Shown: piece after piece, positions 1 to 10,974 of the stretch
How the letters are laid out: each line of letters starts with the position of its first letter
How positions within the stretch are numbered: position 1 is the stretch's first letter
From: an uncultured Mycoplasma sp.
GTDB lineage: Bacteria; Bacillota_I; Bacilli_A; RF39; UBA660
NCBI GenBank assembly: GCA_947642635.1
Contig: CANRTI010000003.1
Location: 7,759 to 71,758, forward strand
Length of the DNA stretch: 64,000 nt
Reading direction: 5' to 3'
Translations under genes and position numbers: made by a program
Notes under the pieces: model-generated
What the model was told of the DNA's origin: nothing
Database searches by the model: none
The model's input: the letters and a program-made list of their open reading frames with translations, nothing else

Positions 1-756
1 GATAATAAAATTAGCATGTTTATCTGATATATAAGCATCATTAATATGATAACCTTTTAAATTTAAATCATCAATTAATTTACCTGCGGCATATCCTTCA
101 GGATTACGAAATACACTTCCAGCATTACTATATTCTAAAGGTTGAGTTTTTGTTCGCATAGCACGATTATCAGCAACTACTTGTTGTAATTCCTCTTTAT
201 TTCCAGGTGTTAGGACAAAAACAGCTTTAACTAAAATATCTTGGGAATTTTGAAAAGAAGTTTGACGGTAATCAATCTTAATCTCTTCTTTTTTGATCGT
301 AATTAACTCATTATTTCTAAGTACCTCTACACTAATTAAATAATCATAAATCGAATGATTTTTTACGCCAGCATTTCCAAAAAGAGCTCCTCCAACTGAC
401 CCAGGAATAAGTGCTAAGTGTTCTAAACCTTGTAAATTATTATCTATTAATTTTTTAACTAAAACTCCTAATATTGCACCACATTCGACAGTAACTTTGT
501 TTTCTTCAATAGTTATTTGATTAATTTTTTCTAAACTAATGATACAACCATTAAAGGGGTTATCTGGTAAAATTACATTACTACCTTTTCCTAGAATTAA
601 ATATGGTATCTTATTTTTTTCTAAATATATTAATAAAGACTGTAATGAAGCAATATTTGTTGGTTTAGCTAAATATTTAGAAGTAGTTTTGATACGATAT
701 GTATTATAGTTTTCTAAAGAAACGTTTTCTTCAACAATTCCAAAATCATTTAGCAT
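1..756 (-). CDS. murB: UDP-N-acetylenolpyruvoylglucosamine reductase (runs off the window edge)
   Basis: Manual translation MLNDFGIVEENVSLENYNTYRIKT...LGKGSNVIL...IPGSVGGALFGNAG...QPLEYSNAGSVFRNP; directly downstream of murG. Confidence 0.9.
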   Translation of the reverse strand, partial: MLNDFGIVEENVSLENYNTYRIKTTSKYLAKPTNIASLQSLLIYLEKNKIPYLILGKGSNVILPDNPFNGCIISLEKINQITIEENKVTVECGAILGVLVKKLIDNNLQGLEHLALIPGSVGGALFGNAGVKNHSIYDYLISVEVLRNNELITIKKEEIKIDYRQTSFQNSQDILVKAVFVLTPGNKEELQQVVADNRAMRTKTQPLEYSNAGSVFRNPEGYAAGKLIDDLNLKGYHINDAYISDKHANFII

Positions 757-1846
757 TTTTAATCACCTTTAATATTTCTTGATATATTATTTCACTACTA
801 GAAGTTTGCACTCTTTTATTTAAATTTTCTTTAATAGTTTGAAATAGTTTACTATTATTTAATAATTCTTTTACTAATTTGTATAATTCTGCGCCTTCTA
901 AATCTTTTTCTTCAATCATTAGGGCTTCTTTATTATCAGCAAGAGACTTAGCATTGTAATACTGATGATTATTAGCAACATTGGGACTTGGTATTAAAAT
1001 GGCCGGGGTTTTAGCAGCACAAATTTCCGCAATTGTTCCGGCTCCGGCTCGACTAATAATTAAATCACAATTTTTAAAAAAAGCTGCAAGATTATCTAAG
1101 TAAGAAATTATTTTGATATTTTTCGAAAAGTGGTTATTTCCTATAAACTCTTCATAATTTCTTTTTCCAGTTAGAAAAACTATTTCATAATCTTCTTTTT
1201 CGCTAAGTTTAAGAAATTCTAGTAGTTTATTATTCATTGCACTACTACCAAGAGAACCAGACGTTATTAAAACTAATTTTTTATTTTTAGTAAGTCCTAG
1301 GGAAGATTTACTAATTGGTTTTAGTAAGTTAACATTATCAGCAGCTGGATTACCAGAATAAATACAATTAACATTTTTTTTAAAATAATTTTGACTTTCT
1401 TTAAAAGAAGTAAAAACAATATCTACTCCCCCACTTAAAAATTTATTAGTTTTTCCTGGAATGCTATTTTGTTCATGAATAACACATTTTATTTTCAAAC
1501 GATTTGCGGCCATAATAACTGGCATAGTAACATATCCACCAGCCCCAATGACAATATCTGGTTTGAATTCTTTCATAATTTTTAAACATTTATTAAAAGA
1601 TTTACATAAAAGGCCAATATTTTGAAAATCATGCCAAATATTTTTTGTAAAACCATAGATTTTTAAACTTTGGTATGGAATATTATGCTCAGGAATTATG
1701 GTATTTTCCATTCGGTTGTGAGTTCCAATATAAAGCACTTCTAAATTTGGATTTTTTTCTTGAAATTTTTTGATAATTGCTAGTGCAGGATAAATATGTC
1801 CTCCAGTTCCACCGGCAGAAATTAAAAGACGCATAACATCACCCAT
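746..1846 (-). CDS. murG: Undecaprenyl-PP-MurNAc-pentapeptide GlcNAc transferase
   Basis: GGTGGHIYP, HEQNSIPG, GSLGS, SRAGAGT and HQYYNA motifs. Confidence 0.95.
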   Translation of the reverse strand: MGDVMRLLISAGGTGGHIYPALAIIKKFQEKNPNLEVLYIGTHNRMENTIIPEHNIPYQSLKIYGFTKNIWHDFQNIGLLCKSFNKCLKIMKEFKPDIVIGAGGYVTMPVIMAANRLKIKCVIHEQNSIPGKTNKFLSGGVDIVFTSFKESQNYFKKNVNCIYSGNPAADNVNLLKPISKSSLGLTKNKKLVLITSGSLGSSAMNNKLLEFLKLSEKEDYEIVFLTGKRNYEEFIGNNHFSKNIKIISYLDNLAAFFKNCDLIISRAGAGTIAEICAAKTPAILIPSPNVANNHQYYNAKSLADNKEALMIEEKDLEGAELYKLVKELLNNSKLFQTIKENLNKRVQTSSSEIIYQEILKVIKNAK

Positions 1847-1951
1847 AGTAATTATACTATAAAAATTATTAAATTAGTAGTTTACTATCCCCCTTTACTT
1901 GAAAAATAGTAAAGTTTTTGTTATAATAACTATCATTTAAAGGGGGATATA

Positions 1952-3079
1952 ATGGAAAAATTACCATTAACTTTTACTGATGGACGAGCATTAAGAATAA
2001 ATTGTGATAAATTTAAACCAATACAAGAAGAGTTAGAAGTATTTGTTAGAGATACAGGAATTTTAAGCTCTTTAGAAGCAATTAAAGATGTAATGTTTTC
2101 TTATGAATTAAAAAATAACAATTTAGTTGAAGGATATACAGACGATTTTTCAATAATCGATAAGATAATTAAAGATAAGAAATATGCCACTGCTGATATT
2201 GAACAAGTACGAAGAATTAGTAATCTTTACCAAGGTTATAAATATATTTTGCAAGGTCGTGCAATAAGTCCAGGAACATTACAAGAACTTTATCAAATTT
2301 TATCCAAAGAATTACTGCCCAAAAGTGATGTTGTTAGAATGGGAAGCCACTATCGGACAGCTAAAGGTTTTATTTTACATAAAGGAGTATTAAGTGGCGA
2401 TTTAGAAGAAACTATGGAACCAGAGTTAATTGAAAGCTTTATGGGACAATATTTTAACTTTTTAAATAATTTGGACTATTCACAATCAATAACCGATGAG
2501 TTTATAAAAAGTCAAATCTTACATTTTTATTTTGTTTACATACATCCTTATTTTGATGTTAATGGAAGAACTAGTAGAACCTTAGCAATGTGGTATTTAT
2601 TATTAAAGAAAGCTTATCCTTTTATTATTTTTAATAGAGGAATTGCTTTATGTTCTAATTATGATGAAGCTATTATTGAAGCTAAAAGATACCATGATAT
2701 TTCTTACTTTATAAAATATATGTTGGAAACAGTCCAAGCAGAACTTGAAAAAGAATATATTTTGCAAATAGTAGATGAGTTATCAAGCCATCCGTTTTCA
2801 ACTTTGGATTATCAAACATTACAATATGTTTTAACAATGAATGGTATCATAACCGCAATTGATTTTGCAACAATGTATAATCGTTTTAATGATAAAAGAA
2901 AAACGGAAGATATATATGTATCAATGTTAAGTCCATTAATTCATGACAATGTTTTACAAGTTGTTAGAACTACTAATAAGAATATGTTTAGAGGTTTACC
3001 AAATGAGGTATTACAAATTAATCCAGCACTAATGACTTATGATAGAGGACGTATTCGGCAATTAAAAAAATTCAAATAA
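1952..3079 (+). CDS. Fic/DOC family protein
   Basis: HPYFDVNGRTSR variant of the Fic motif HPFxxGNGRxxR; RBS AGGGGG upstream. Confidence 0.85.
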   Translation: MEKLPLTFTDGRALRINCDKFKPIQEELEVFVRDTGILSSLEAIKDVMFSYELKNNNLVEGYTDDFSIIDKIIKDKKYATADIEQVRRISNLYQGYKYILQGRAISPGTLQELYQILSKELLPKSDVVRMGSHYRTAKGFILHKGVLSGDLEETMEPELIESFMGQYFNFLNNLDYSQSITDEFIKSQILHFYFVYIHPYFDVNGRTSRTLAMWYLLLKKAYPFIIFNRGIALCSNYDEAIIEAKRYHDISYFIKYMLETVQAELEKEYILQIVDELSSHPFSTLDYQTLQYVLTMNGIITAIDFATMYNRFNDKRKTEDIYVSMLSPLIHDNVLQVVRTTNKNMFRGLPNEVLQINPALMTYDRGRIRQLKKFK

Positions 3080-3115
3080 AAAAGAATTAAACTAGAAACA
3101 ACTATTTAATTCTTT

Positions 3116-3517
3116 TTATTTTACTCGCATAACAGGAATATCTGAATTGTGTTCATCAGGAACAATAGCACTGTATTTACCATTTTCTTTTGTCACTTTA
3201 AAATTTGAATCAACATTATAACCATCTGGTATTACATAATCTATCGCACCATTTGAAAGTGGCACTGCATAAGCATACTGATCTTCTTCACTAAAATAAT
3301 CACGTTTGTAAGCAAATTCAACTTTTCGGTTATATTGTTTTAGATAATCTTTTTCCATTTCTTTTGTTTGATGAAAATGATTTAGTTTTCCAAATAAGCA
3401 AACATCTTTAGTGTGATCGAAGTTAGTATCATAAACTGCTATGCCACCAACAGCAATACAAGCCGCATAAATTAAAGCCATGCCACCATGTTTTATAATA
3501 TTTCTTTTTTTTAGCAT
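3116..3517 (-). CDS. Hypothetical protein with N-terminal membrane anchor
   Basis: ORF track, RBS AGGAGG, hydrophobic N-terminus. Confidence 0.7.
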   Translation of the reverse strand: MLKKRNIIKHGGMALIYAACIAVGGIAVYDTNFDHTKDVCLFGKLNHFHQTKEMEKDYLKQYNRKVEFAYKRDYFSEEDQYAYAVPLSNGAIDYVIPDGYNVDSNFKVTKENGKYSAIVPDEHNSDIPVMRVK

Positions 3518-3555
3518 TTATTAACCCTCCTACTTAGAAAATAGCATAATTCTTT

Positions 3556-4146
3556 TTATTCGTCAACAATATAGTAAACATTAGAATATTCTTTTTTAGA
3601 TATTTTTTCTATGATACCATAAGAAAATATTTCTAAATAGTTAAGATTATTAATAATGTCTTTATTTAATAAATTATTTAATATACATATAAAATCTAGT
3701 TTTTTTATATATTCTTCTGTATTTAAAACATAATTTAATAATCCTATTTTATATTGGCGATTTACAACATCAATTTTTTTAATATAACTGTTTATAAAAC
3801 TCATAACATATATTTTTTTAGAACTATATTTATTTAATAATTTTATAAATTTATCAATGCTTTTAATTTCTTTTATTTCTACTAAAAAGATTTTGGCAGT
3901 TTTAATTTTAAGAATATCTCTAAGTCTAGGAATATATTTAGGTAGTTCTAAATATTTTATACTACTAATTGGTTTTCCTTTATATAAACTATTATGATAA
4001 ATAACAAATTCATGATCTAGTGTTTCACGAACGTCAAATTCAACTCCAACATATAAGTTATCATCAAAAGCTTTTTTGATGGCTTCATAAGTATTTTCCT
4101 TAATATATTGATTATGAGAGCCACGGTGTTTGATTAGTTTTTTCAT
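3556..4146 (-). CDS. Glycerophosphodiester phosphodiesterase family protein (short)
   Basis: HRG...ENT...GVEFDVR...VIYH and VEIK motifs. Confidence 0.85.
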   Translation of the reverse strand: MKKLIKHRGSHNQYIKENTYEAIKKAFDDNLYVGVEFDVRETLDHEFVIYHNSLYKGKPISSIKYLELPKYIPRLRDILKIKTAKIFLVEIKEIKSIDKFIKLLNKYSSKKIYVMSFINSYIKKIDVVNRQYKIGLLNYVLNTEEYIKKLDFICILNNLLNKDIINNLNYLEIFSYGIIEKISKKEYSNVYYIVDE

Positions 4147-4204
4147 ATTTTGTCTCCTAGTAAAGTATATGTTTTAACTAGAAAACAATTAAAAAGCAAG
4201 AAAA

Positions 4205-4621
4205 TTAATTCTTACTTAAATTATTTGATTTTTTTCTTTTAAATAAAAGACTAAATACTATCACAAGTATTAAAAACAAACCACAAGATAATAGTTGGAC
4301 TTGATATATTTCAATATTTTTGTTGCTTTTAACTTCAAGACTTTTCTTATAATTGTCAATCATACTGACAGTATTACTACTCTCTTTAGTAACATGAAAA
4401 GTATAAGTTATTTCATGATTAACATCATATACATCTAAATAAACTGTATTTTCTTTAGAATCTAAAATATTATCTCTAATTAGAACATTACATTCTGGTA
4501 ATAATTTATATTCAAACTCTAAAGATGTAACATCATCTTCTACAGTTACTGTATACTCATATGTATACTCATTATATTTTAATTCCAAATCACCATTTAA
4601 TATTTTCAAATTTTCTAACAT
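4205..4621 (-). CDS. Cadherin-like beta-sandwich protein with C-terminal TM helix
   Basis: L..LKI..G.L..F.EYTYEYTVTV pattern; C-terminal hydrophobic helix and basic tail. Confidence 0.6.
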   Translation of the reverse strand: MLENLKILNGDLELKYNEYTYEYTVTVEDDVTSLEFEYKLLPECNVLIRDNILDSKENTVYLDVYDVNHEITYTFHVTKESSNTVSMIDNYKKSLEVKSNKNIEIYQVQLLSCGLFLILVIVFSLLFKRKKSNNLSKN

Positions 4622-4658
4622 AATATCACTATTAATAGTTTGAAAATTTTAAAAAAAA

Positions 4659-5747
4659 TTATACTATTTTTAATAATATTTCATTCATAATATATATTTT
4701 AGTGGGATTAATTTTAACATAACCATTTTGATGTATTAAATCACCTGTTTGTAAAAGAGGTTTGATGGGATAAGCATCTTGTAAATTAACTTGATATTTA
4801 TCATAAAATTCTTTTAAGTTAATTCCTTCTAATTTGCGAAAATTTAACATAACTTCATAATTCATAATATCTTCTTTGGATAAAAGAGTTTCTTTACTAT
4901 TAACATGACCATCTAAATATTGGGATAAGCTTCTAGTATTATCATATCTTACCCCTCCAACATAACCAGATGCCCCACTACCAAAACCATAATATTCTTG
5001 ATTGCTCCAGTAAACGAGATTATGTTTAGATTTATACCCTGGTTTAGCAAAATTACTAACTTCATAGTGTTCATAACCACTTTTACTTAATTTTTTGCAA
5101 ATATAATCATACATTTTAGCATCTAAGTCTTCTTCAATATTATTTACTTTTTGATATTTTAAAAATGTATTATCTTCTAACATTAAACTATATGTACTAA
5201 TGTGTTCAGGATTAAGTTTCAAAAAAAGTTTAACATCTTTTTTGACAATCTTATATTCTTCTTCAGGAAGAGCATACATTAAATCTAAATTAATATTATC
5301 AAAACCTTTAATACGCATTAAAGCCATTTTATTTTTAACATCTTCAAAAACGGATTTTCTTTTCATAAAACGTAAATTAATAGAATCAAATGATTGAACG
5401 CCAACACTGAGACGATTAACATGATGTTTTTTTAATAAATCTAATAATTCTTCGGTTATATCTTCAACATTGCATTCAAAAGTAAATTCTTGTAATTTAT
5501 CTTTATGAAATAAATTAGTTAAATTTAATAAGTATTCAATTTCTTTTAAAGATAAGGCACTAGGAGTACCACCACCAATATAAATTGTACTTATTTCTTC
5601 ACCCATGTAACGATTTTGAATTTCATTTTTAAGTGATTTTAAATAGTTAACAGCCCACTCTTTTGTATATAAAACCTTACAAAAATCACAGTATGAACAA
5701 ATTGATTTACAAAAAGGAATATGGATATATACACTAGAAGGTGTCAT
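4659..5747 (-). CDS. hemW: Radical SAM heme chaperone HemW (HemN-like)
   Basis: YIHIPFCxxxCxYCDF, GGGTPS, YEVSNFA and HNLVYW motifs; near lepA. Confidence 0.9.
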   Translation of the reverse strand: MTPSSVYIHIPFCKSICSYCDFCKVLYTKEWAVNYLKSLKNEIQNRYMGEEISTIYIGGGTPSALSLKEIEYLLNLTNLFHKDKLQEFTFECNVEDITEELLDLLKKHHVNRLSVGVQSFDSINLRFMKRKSVFEDVKNKMALMRIKGFDNINLDLMYALPEEEYKIVKKDVKLFLKLNPEHISTYSLMLEDNTFLKYQKVNNIEEDLDAKMYDYICKKLSKSGYEHYEVSNFAKPGYKSKHNLVYWSNQEYYGFGSGASGYVGGVRYDNTRSLSQYLDGHVNSKETLLSKEDIMNYEVMLNFRKLEGINLKEFYDKYQVNLQDAYPIKPLLQTGDLIHQNGYVKINPTKIYIMNEILLKIV

Positions 5748-6613
5748 GTTGTGCGACCTTTTTTAACGGAATAATAACTTATTAAAAAATCATATTGACG
5801 ATTTAATTCAGGATTAAGTTCTAATAATCTTTTTACACGTTCTCGGTAATTATGGATATTTATGCCAAAAATTTGACATGTACTTCTAGTGCTAATAAAA
5901 TATTTTAATTGATAAATTAAAATAATCATTAAATCTTTATCGCTAATAATTTCCCCAGATTGACGATTTTTAATTATACTTTCGGCTTTATTGTCTGTGA
6001 CAGCCATTAATAGTTCATGTAACATTCCTTTTTGACCATTCTTTAATGCCTCAAGTAACTCTTGATAATATCTAACAAATCTTATTTTTGCTTCCTCTTG
6101 ATCAAAATAATACTGTTTTAAATTATAAAAATAATAAGAGCTACCCGGTTTAGCTTTTGTCATTTGCCGTTCTAGATCTCTTTCGGATATTTGAAGTAAA
6201 TCAGCTAATGTTGATAACTCTGTTTTGAAAGTAAGAGCCATGTGATAAATAAAAATCAAGCTAGATTGAGGATTTTTAAAAAGAACATCAAATCTTAAAG
6301 CAGGAACAGAATTTATATTATCGCGGTTAAAGTTCTTGTTTAGTAAAGATATTTGACTACCCATAATTTTTCCTTTTTCTATGTTTTGCTGACGCTTTTT
6401 AGCTATTTCTTCATATAATTCTTCGCCATTATCGGGAAATGCTTTCATAATCCATTCTTTATTTGTAAGTCTTCTTCCTACTGTTGATGAGGAAATCTTA
6501 GTTAATTTACTTAAGTCAACATCTGAACAATTGGTTTTAAGAAATAATTTAACTAAAAATACTGTTTCATGAATTATTTTTTCAGTTTGTTCATTATTTA
6601 CCACTCTCATCAC
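5744..6613 (-). CDS. Hypothetical protein, possible HTH regions
   Basis: 289-aa ORF overlapping lepA and hemW; '[17 protein letters not shown]' is HTH-like. Confidence 0.6.
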   Translation of the reverse strand: MMRVVNNEQTEKIIHETVFLVKLFLKTNCSDVDLSKLTKISSSTVGRRLTNKEWIMKAFPDNGEELYEEIAKKRQQNIEKGKIMGSQISLLNKNFNRDNINSVPALRFDVLFKNPQSSLIFIYHMALTFKTELSTLADLLQISERDLERQMTKAKPGSSYYFYNLKQYYFDQEEAKIRFVRYYQELLEALKNGQKGMLHELLMAVTDNKAESIIKNRQSGEIISDKDLMIILIYQLKYFISTRSTCQIFGINIHNYRERVKRLLELNPELNRQYDFLISYYSVKKGRTT

Positions 6614-8387
6614 CTCCTAAAATACTTAAGAATGCTTCACTTGGCACTTCCACTCTTCCAACCATTTTCATTCTCTTCTTTCCCTCTTTTTGACTTTCTA
6701 ATAATTTTCTTTTTCTAGAAATATCGCCACCATAACATTTGGCTAAAACATTTTTACGCATAGCACTAATATTTTCTCTTGCAATAATTTTAGAGCCAAC
6801 ACTTGCTTGAATACTAACTTGAAACATTTGTCTTGGAATTACATTACGAAGTTTATTAGTTATACTTCTTCCTTTTTCATAGGCAAAATCTTTATGAATA
6901 ATTAAAGATAAGGCATCAACTTTTTCGCCATTTAATAAAATATCCATTTTAACTAAATTACTTTCTTGATAGCCAATTAACTCATAATCAAAAGATGCAT
7001 AACCATTCGTCCGACTTTTTAATTTGTCATAAAAATCATAAACTACTTCACTAAGTGGTAATTCATAATGAATATTTACTCTTGTATCATTAATATAATC
7101 AATAGATTTATAATTCCCCCGTTTATTTTGACATAACTCCATAATACTGCCAACATATGAAGATGGCGCAATAATATTTGTATAAATATAGGGTTCACAT
7201 ATTTTACTAATTTTTTCTCTAGTTGGCATTTTATTAGGACTATCTATAATTAATTTTTCGCCATCAGTTAAATAAACTTCATAAACTACACTAGGACTTG
7301 TAACTACAATATCTAAGTTAAATTCTCTTTCTAATCTAGTAGTAATAATTTCTGAATGTAGTAAACCTAAAAATCCTGTATGAAAACCAAAGCCAAGAGC
7401 TTCTGATGTAACTGGTTCAAAAACTAAAGAAGCATCATTTAACTTTAATTTATTTAAAGCATCTCTTAGCATTTCATATTTATTGGATTCAATTGGATAG
7501 ATTCCTGAATAAACCATGGGTTTCATTTTTTGATAACCTTCTAATGGTTCAGTGGCAGGATTATCCAAAATGGTTATTGTGTCGCCAACATGAACAGTAG
7601 ATATATCTTTAATTGCTCCAGTTAAAAAACCTACTTCACCACTAGATAAAGATTCCACTAATTCTTCTTTAGGAGTTTTAACGCCTAATTCAGTTATTTC
7701 ATAAATTTTATCAGATTCAAACATTTTAATTTTATCTTTAACTTTTAAAATGCCATCAACTACTTTAACTAAAAGAACAACTCCTTTATAACTATCAAAA
7801 TAAGAGTCATATATTAAAGCTCTTGTTTTTTTAGTTGTATCAACATTAGGTGCTGGAATTCTTTTAATAATAGCATCTAATAATTCATCTACACCTACCC
7901 CAGTTTTACCACTACATAGAATAATTTCTTCTTCTTTAAAACCTAAAACATCTTTTAATTCTTTTGTAACTTTTGCAATATCAGCATTTGGCAAATCAAT
8001 TTTATTAATAACTGGGATTATTTTTAAATCTTGCATCATAGCTAAATAGAGATTAGCAAGAGTTTGAGCTTCAATACCTTGAGCCGCATCAACTACTAAT
8101 ACTGCTCCTTCACAAGCTGCTAAACTACGACTAACTTCATAAGAAAAATCGACGTGACCAGGAGTATCAATTAAATTTAAAATACAATCTTGATATTTTA
8201 ATTTAACTGTATTTAATTTGATAGTAATCCCACGTTCTCTTTCAATATCCATATTATCTAAAAGTTGATTTTTCATTTCTCTTTTTGAAACTGCTCCGGT
8301 TAATTCTAAAATTCGATCTGCAAGAGTACTTTTCCCATGATCGATATGGGCAATTATTGAAAAATTGCGAATATTTGATTTGCTCAT
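6594..8387 (-). CDS. lepA: Elongation factor 4
   Basis: [43 protein letters not shown]; start moved to MSKS. Confidence 0.97.
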   Translation of the reverse strand: MSKSNIRNFSIIAHIDHGKSTLADRILELTGAVSKREMKNQLLDNMDIERERGITIKLNTVKLKYQDCILNLIDTPGHVDFSYEVSRSLAACEGAVLVVDAAQGIEAQTLANLYLAMMQDLKIIPVINKIDLPNADIAKVTKELKDVLGFKEEEIILCSGKTGVGVDELLDAIIKRIPAPNVDTTKKTRALIYDSYFDSYKGVVLLVKVVDGILKVKDKIKMFESDKIYEITELGVKTPKEELVESLSSGEVGFLTGAIKDISTVHVGDTITILDNPATEPLEGYQKMKPMVYSGIYPIESNKYEMLRDALNKLKLNDASLVFEPVTSEALGFGFHTGFLGLLHSEIITTRLEREFNLDIVVTSPSVVYEVYLTDGEKLIIDSPNKMPTREKISKICEPYIYTNIIAPSSYVGSIMELCQNKRGNYKSIDYINDTRVNIHYELPLSEVVYDFYDKLKSRTNGYASFDYELIGYQESNLVKMDILLNGEKVDALSLIIHKDFAYEKGRSITNKLRNVIPRQMFQVSIQASVGSKIIARENISAMRKNVLAKCYGGDISRKRKLLESQKEGKKRMKMVGRVEVPSEAFLSILGGDESGK

Positions 8388-8506
8388 ATTTAACACCAAA
8401 AATATCATACCATAAAAATAACTTTTTGCAAATACACCACATTTTGAAAGAAATTCTAATTATTGACATTTTTTGACGTTTAAGAGATTTTATGCTATAA
8501 TCTAAA

Positions 8507-9301
8507 TTGTTAAGGGGAAGTTTTATGCGGTATTGTTTGGTTCTTTATAATGATAATAATTTGATTGAAATTAATGATTTTTCTTCTTTGAAGGGTTGTC
8601 AAGATTATAATCCTAATACATTAAGAGATATAGTTAATTTTACCCATCACTTTCTAGATGAAATGGAATTAAAGGAGTTTTTAAAATCTCATAATTTAGT
8701 TCCTTCTGATATTCAAAATTATGCATTAGGAATTGTTTATTTTTGCAGTCGTGATGCTGCTCCCAAATTATTAGAAAATGGTATTTCTTATGAGGCAGAT
8801 GACTATTTCTATAACCCCGATAATTTAGAACATTTTTTGATAACACATCTAGATGATTTAAATTTAATGGCTTGTTTTTTAAAAAAGTATAATACTTATT
8901 TACGTAAAGTTGCTATTTATTCTGAACCTTTAGATTATTTAGTTGATGGTTTTAATAATTTTCAAAAAACAGGTAGAATTTCTGCTAGTTATCGATTAGC
9001 AATGATTTCTTTTTTTAAATTTTTTACTACTAAGAAAAATAAAGACAATACTTTTTCGGATAATTTTCGAAATATTAGAGATTTAGCCATGTTTGTTATC
9101 GATTATTTAAATCAAACTTATGAACCAGCAAGTTATAGCGAAGATTATGATACTGAATTACATCATTTAAAACTGGCAGTTAGTGCTGGTACTTTAACAG
9201 ATGAACAAGCGGATTATTTGGGAATGCGAATTACAGAATTAGAACAAATACAAGATAAAAGAAGTAGAAGGAAGGGAAATTATGCAACTACCAAAAATTA
9301 A
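8507..9301 (+). CDS. Hypothetical protein
   Basis: 264-aa ORF overlapping def; likely start ATG at 8525 after AGGGGA; promoter TTGACG-17-TATAAT upstream. Confidence 0.65.
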   Translation: MLRGSFMRYCLVLYNDNNLIEINDFSSLKGCQDYNPNTLRDIVNFTHHFLDEMELKEFLKSHNLVPSDIQNYALGIVYFCSRDAAPKLLENGISYEADDYFYNPDNLEHFLITHLDDLNLMACFLKKYNTYLRKVAIYSEPLDYLVDGFNNFQKTGRISASYRLAMISFFKFFTTKKNKDNTFSDNFRNIRDLAMFVIDYLNQTYEPASYSEDYDTELHHLKLAVSAGTLTDEQADYLGMRITELEQIQDKRSRRKGNYATTKN

Positions 9302-9833
9302 AATATTAGATGAATTAGATAAAACACTAAGAATTAAAAGTAATGAAGTAATATTTCCATTAAGTAAAGAAGATAAAAAAACTATTCAAGATATAATTAC
9401 TTATTTAACAATGAGCCAAATTGAAGAATATTTTAAAAAGTATGATTTAAGACCAGGAATGGGCCTTGCTTTTATTCAATTAGGAATTCCGAAAAATATT
9501 TTTGTAGTTGTTGAAGAAGTTGATGAGGAAGAGTTTGAAAATTATGTCATCATTAATCCTAAAATTATAAGTCATAGTGAAGAATTAATATACGTTGGTG
9601 AGGGTGAAGGTTGTTTAAGTGTCAATCGTGATGTCGATGGGATTGTGCCAAGATACGCAAGAATGCGGATAAGTTATCAAGATATTGATGGCAATAAAAA
9701 AGAAATACGCGTTCGAGAAGATATTTCAGTAGCTTTTCAACATGAAATGGATCATTTAAATGGTATATTATTTATAGATAAAATTGATAAAAATAATCCA
9801 TTCAAAAATAAAAATAAAATGCGAGAAATATAA
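9282..9833 (+). CDS. def: Peptide deformylase
   Basis: GMGLAFIQ, EGCLSV and QHEMDHLNG motifs. Confidence 0.95.
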   Translation: MQLPKIKILDELDKTLRIKSNEVIFPLSKEDKKTIQDIITYLTMSQIEEYFKKYDLRPGMGLAFIQLGIPKNIFVVVEEVDEEEFENYVIINPKIISHSEELIYVGEGEGCLSVNRDVDGIVPRYARMRISYQDIDGNKKEIRVREDISVAFQHEMDHLNGILFIDKIDKNNPFKNKNKMREI

Positions 9834-9846
9834 TTAATGAAGTCAA

Positions 9847-9877
9847 AACAGAGTTATGTCTACTCTGTTGTTTTTTT
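9847..9877 (+). terminator. Intrinsic terminator after def
   Basis: AACAGAGT-7nt-ACTCTGTT stem followed by a T-tract. Confidence 0.75.
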
Positions 9878-9919
9878 ATAAAAAATCTATTGGCCAATAC
9901 TTTTTAATATAATAAGCAA

Positions 9920-9948
9920 TTGTTTTAATTAAAAAAGTTAGATATAAT
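9920..9948 (+). promoter_or_regulatory. Sigma-A-type promoter, copy 1 (truncated TR unit)
   Basis: TTGTTT(9920-9925)-17bp-TATAAT(9943-9948), same architecture as 10941-10969. Confidence 0.6.
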
Positions 9949-9953
9949 TATGA

Positions 9954-9982
9954 TAGGTAGTCTTGATAAAGAACAGTCGCGT
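9954..9982 (+). repeat. 29-bp direct repeat, copy 1 (leader of DGR TR-like RNA)
   Basis: TAGGTAGTCTTGATAAAGAACAGTCGCGT identical to 10975-11003. Confidence 0.95.
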
Positions 9983-10038
9983 GATGGTTATATTAACAGT
10001 AATTATCGGGCTTATTTTTTCACACACTTAAGATTTTT

Positions 10039-10872
10039 TCATATTTTGGCACAATTTTTTATTTCTTTCTCTAATTGTTTCAAACTTTTCTTTGGTGTTG
10101 GTAAGTCTTCTGGCATCGTTCCTCCAAGTTCTTTTATTGTCTTTCTTATTTTTGAGCCAACTTCATAATGGGCTTTATTAGCTTCTTTTTCACTTTGAAT
10201 ATTATCTTTCTTTAATTTTTGGTCTGTTTGAGATATTCTAAATAAATTTGCTATAAGTTCATCACTTCCCATATTATCTAAAATATCTTCTCTATACCTT
10301 AATTCTTTTCTTTTAGCAATATCATCAGCTGTTTCTCCATTGTATAAACCTTTATAGCCATAATTATGAAATTTATCAAAATTTTTGACACCCGCATTCT
10401 TGGCTGTTTGATTAAGTGAATAATTTCCTTTTTTAGTTAAATTTCTTTGATAAAAACGTTTTTCGTCTTCTGTTAATTTGTTATATTCCTGTTCATTAAT
10501 TTCTTGTTTTCTAGTTTGGACTGCAAAATATGTTTGTGCAAGAGCAACGACCTTTTTTCTAGTATCCCCATTTTGAGCTATTAAATAACAAGCATAACGA
10601 GTTAGTTTATAATCTTTTTGTTTTCTTTCTGCTCCTGAACCTATTTGTACCATTTTGTCAACGTCGACAAAATGGTCAAAAACACTAAAATCACTGTTTT
10701 TACAAGATTCTTTAGCTTTATTTATTACATTTTCAAATTTTCGCCATTCCTTATAATTTAAAACTATTTGCAATTCTCGAGCATACCAGTATTCTATCCC
10801 ATTTTCTTCAATACGTTTTATATCTTCAAAACTTTTATTGGTATAATTTTCTTTTTTAGCTAGTTTATTCAT
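10039..10872 (-). CDS. dinD: DNA damage-inducible protein D (BRO-like N-terminus)
   Basis: EYWYARELQ..L.Y..W..F, DYKLTRYACYLIAQNGD.RK..VA.AQTYFA.QTR.QE, ILDNMGS.ELIANLFR. Confidence 0.9.
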   Translation of the reverse strand: MNKLAKKENYTNKSFEDIKRIEENGIEYWYARELQIVLNYKEWRKFENVINKAKESCKNSDFSVFDHFVDVDKMVQIGSGAERKQKDYKLTRYACYLIAQNGDTRKKVVALAQTYFAVQTRKQEINEQEYNKLTEDEKRFYQRNLTKKGNYSLNQTAKNAGVKNFDKFHNYGYKGLYNGETADDIAKRKELRYREDILDNMGSDELIANLFRISQTDQKLKKDNIQSEKEANKAHYEVGSKIRKTIKELGGTMPEDLPTPKKSLKQLEKEIKNCAKI

Positions 10873-10940
10873 TTGAAATCATTCTCCTTTTTTATTTTAT
10901 ACTAATTTAATTATTTAAGACATTTTAGCATAAATAGTAA

Positions 10941-10969
10941 TTGTTTTCAATCATTGAATTAGTTATAAT
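10941..10969 (+). promoter_or_regulatory. Sigma-A-type promoter, copy 2 (intact TR unit)
   Basis: TTGTTT(10941-10946)-17bp-TATAAT(10964-10969); predicted start site at about 10975, the first base of the repeat. Confidence 0.65.
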
Positions 10970-10974
10970 TATAT

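Noticed and set aside
9983-10020. First repeat unit as the VR of the TR at 10998
   Set aside because: Differences include non-adenine positions and an indel, and it is not at the end of a real gene
9950-10168. 72-aa plus-strand ORF
   Set aside because: No RBS, starts within the promoter/leader repeat and mostly overlaps dinD antisense
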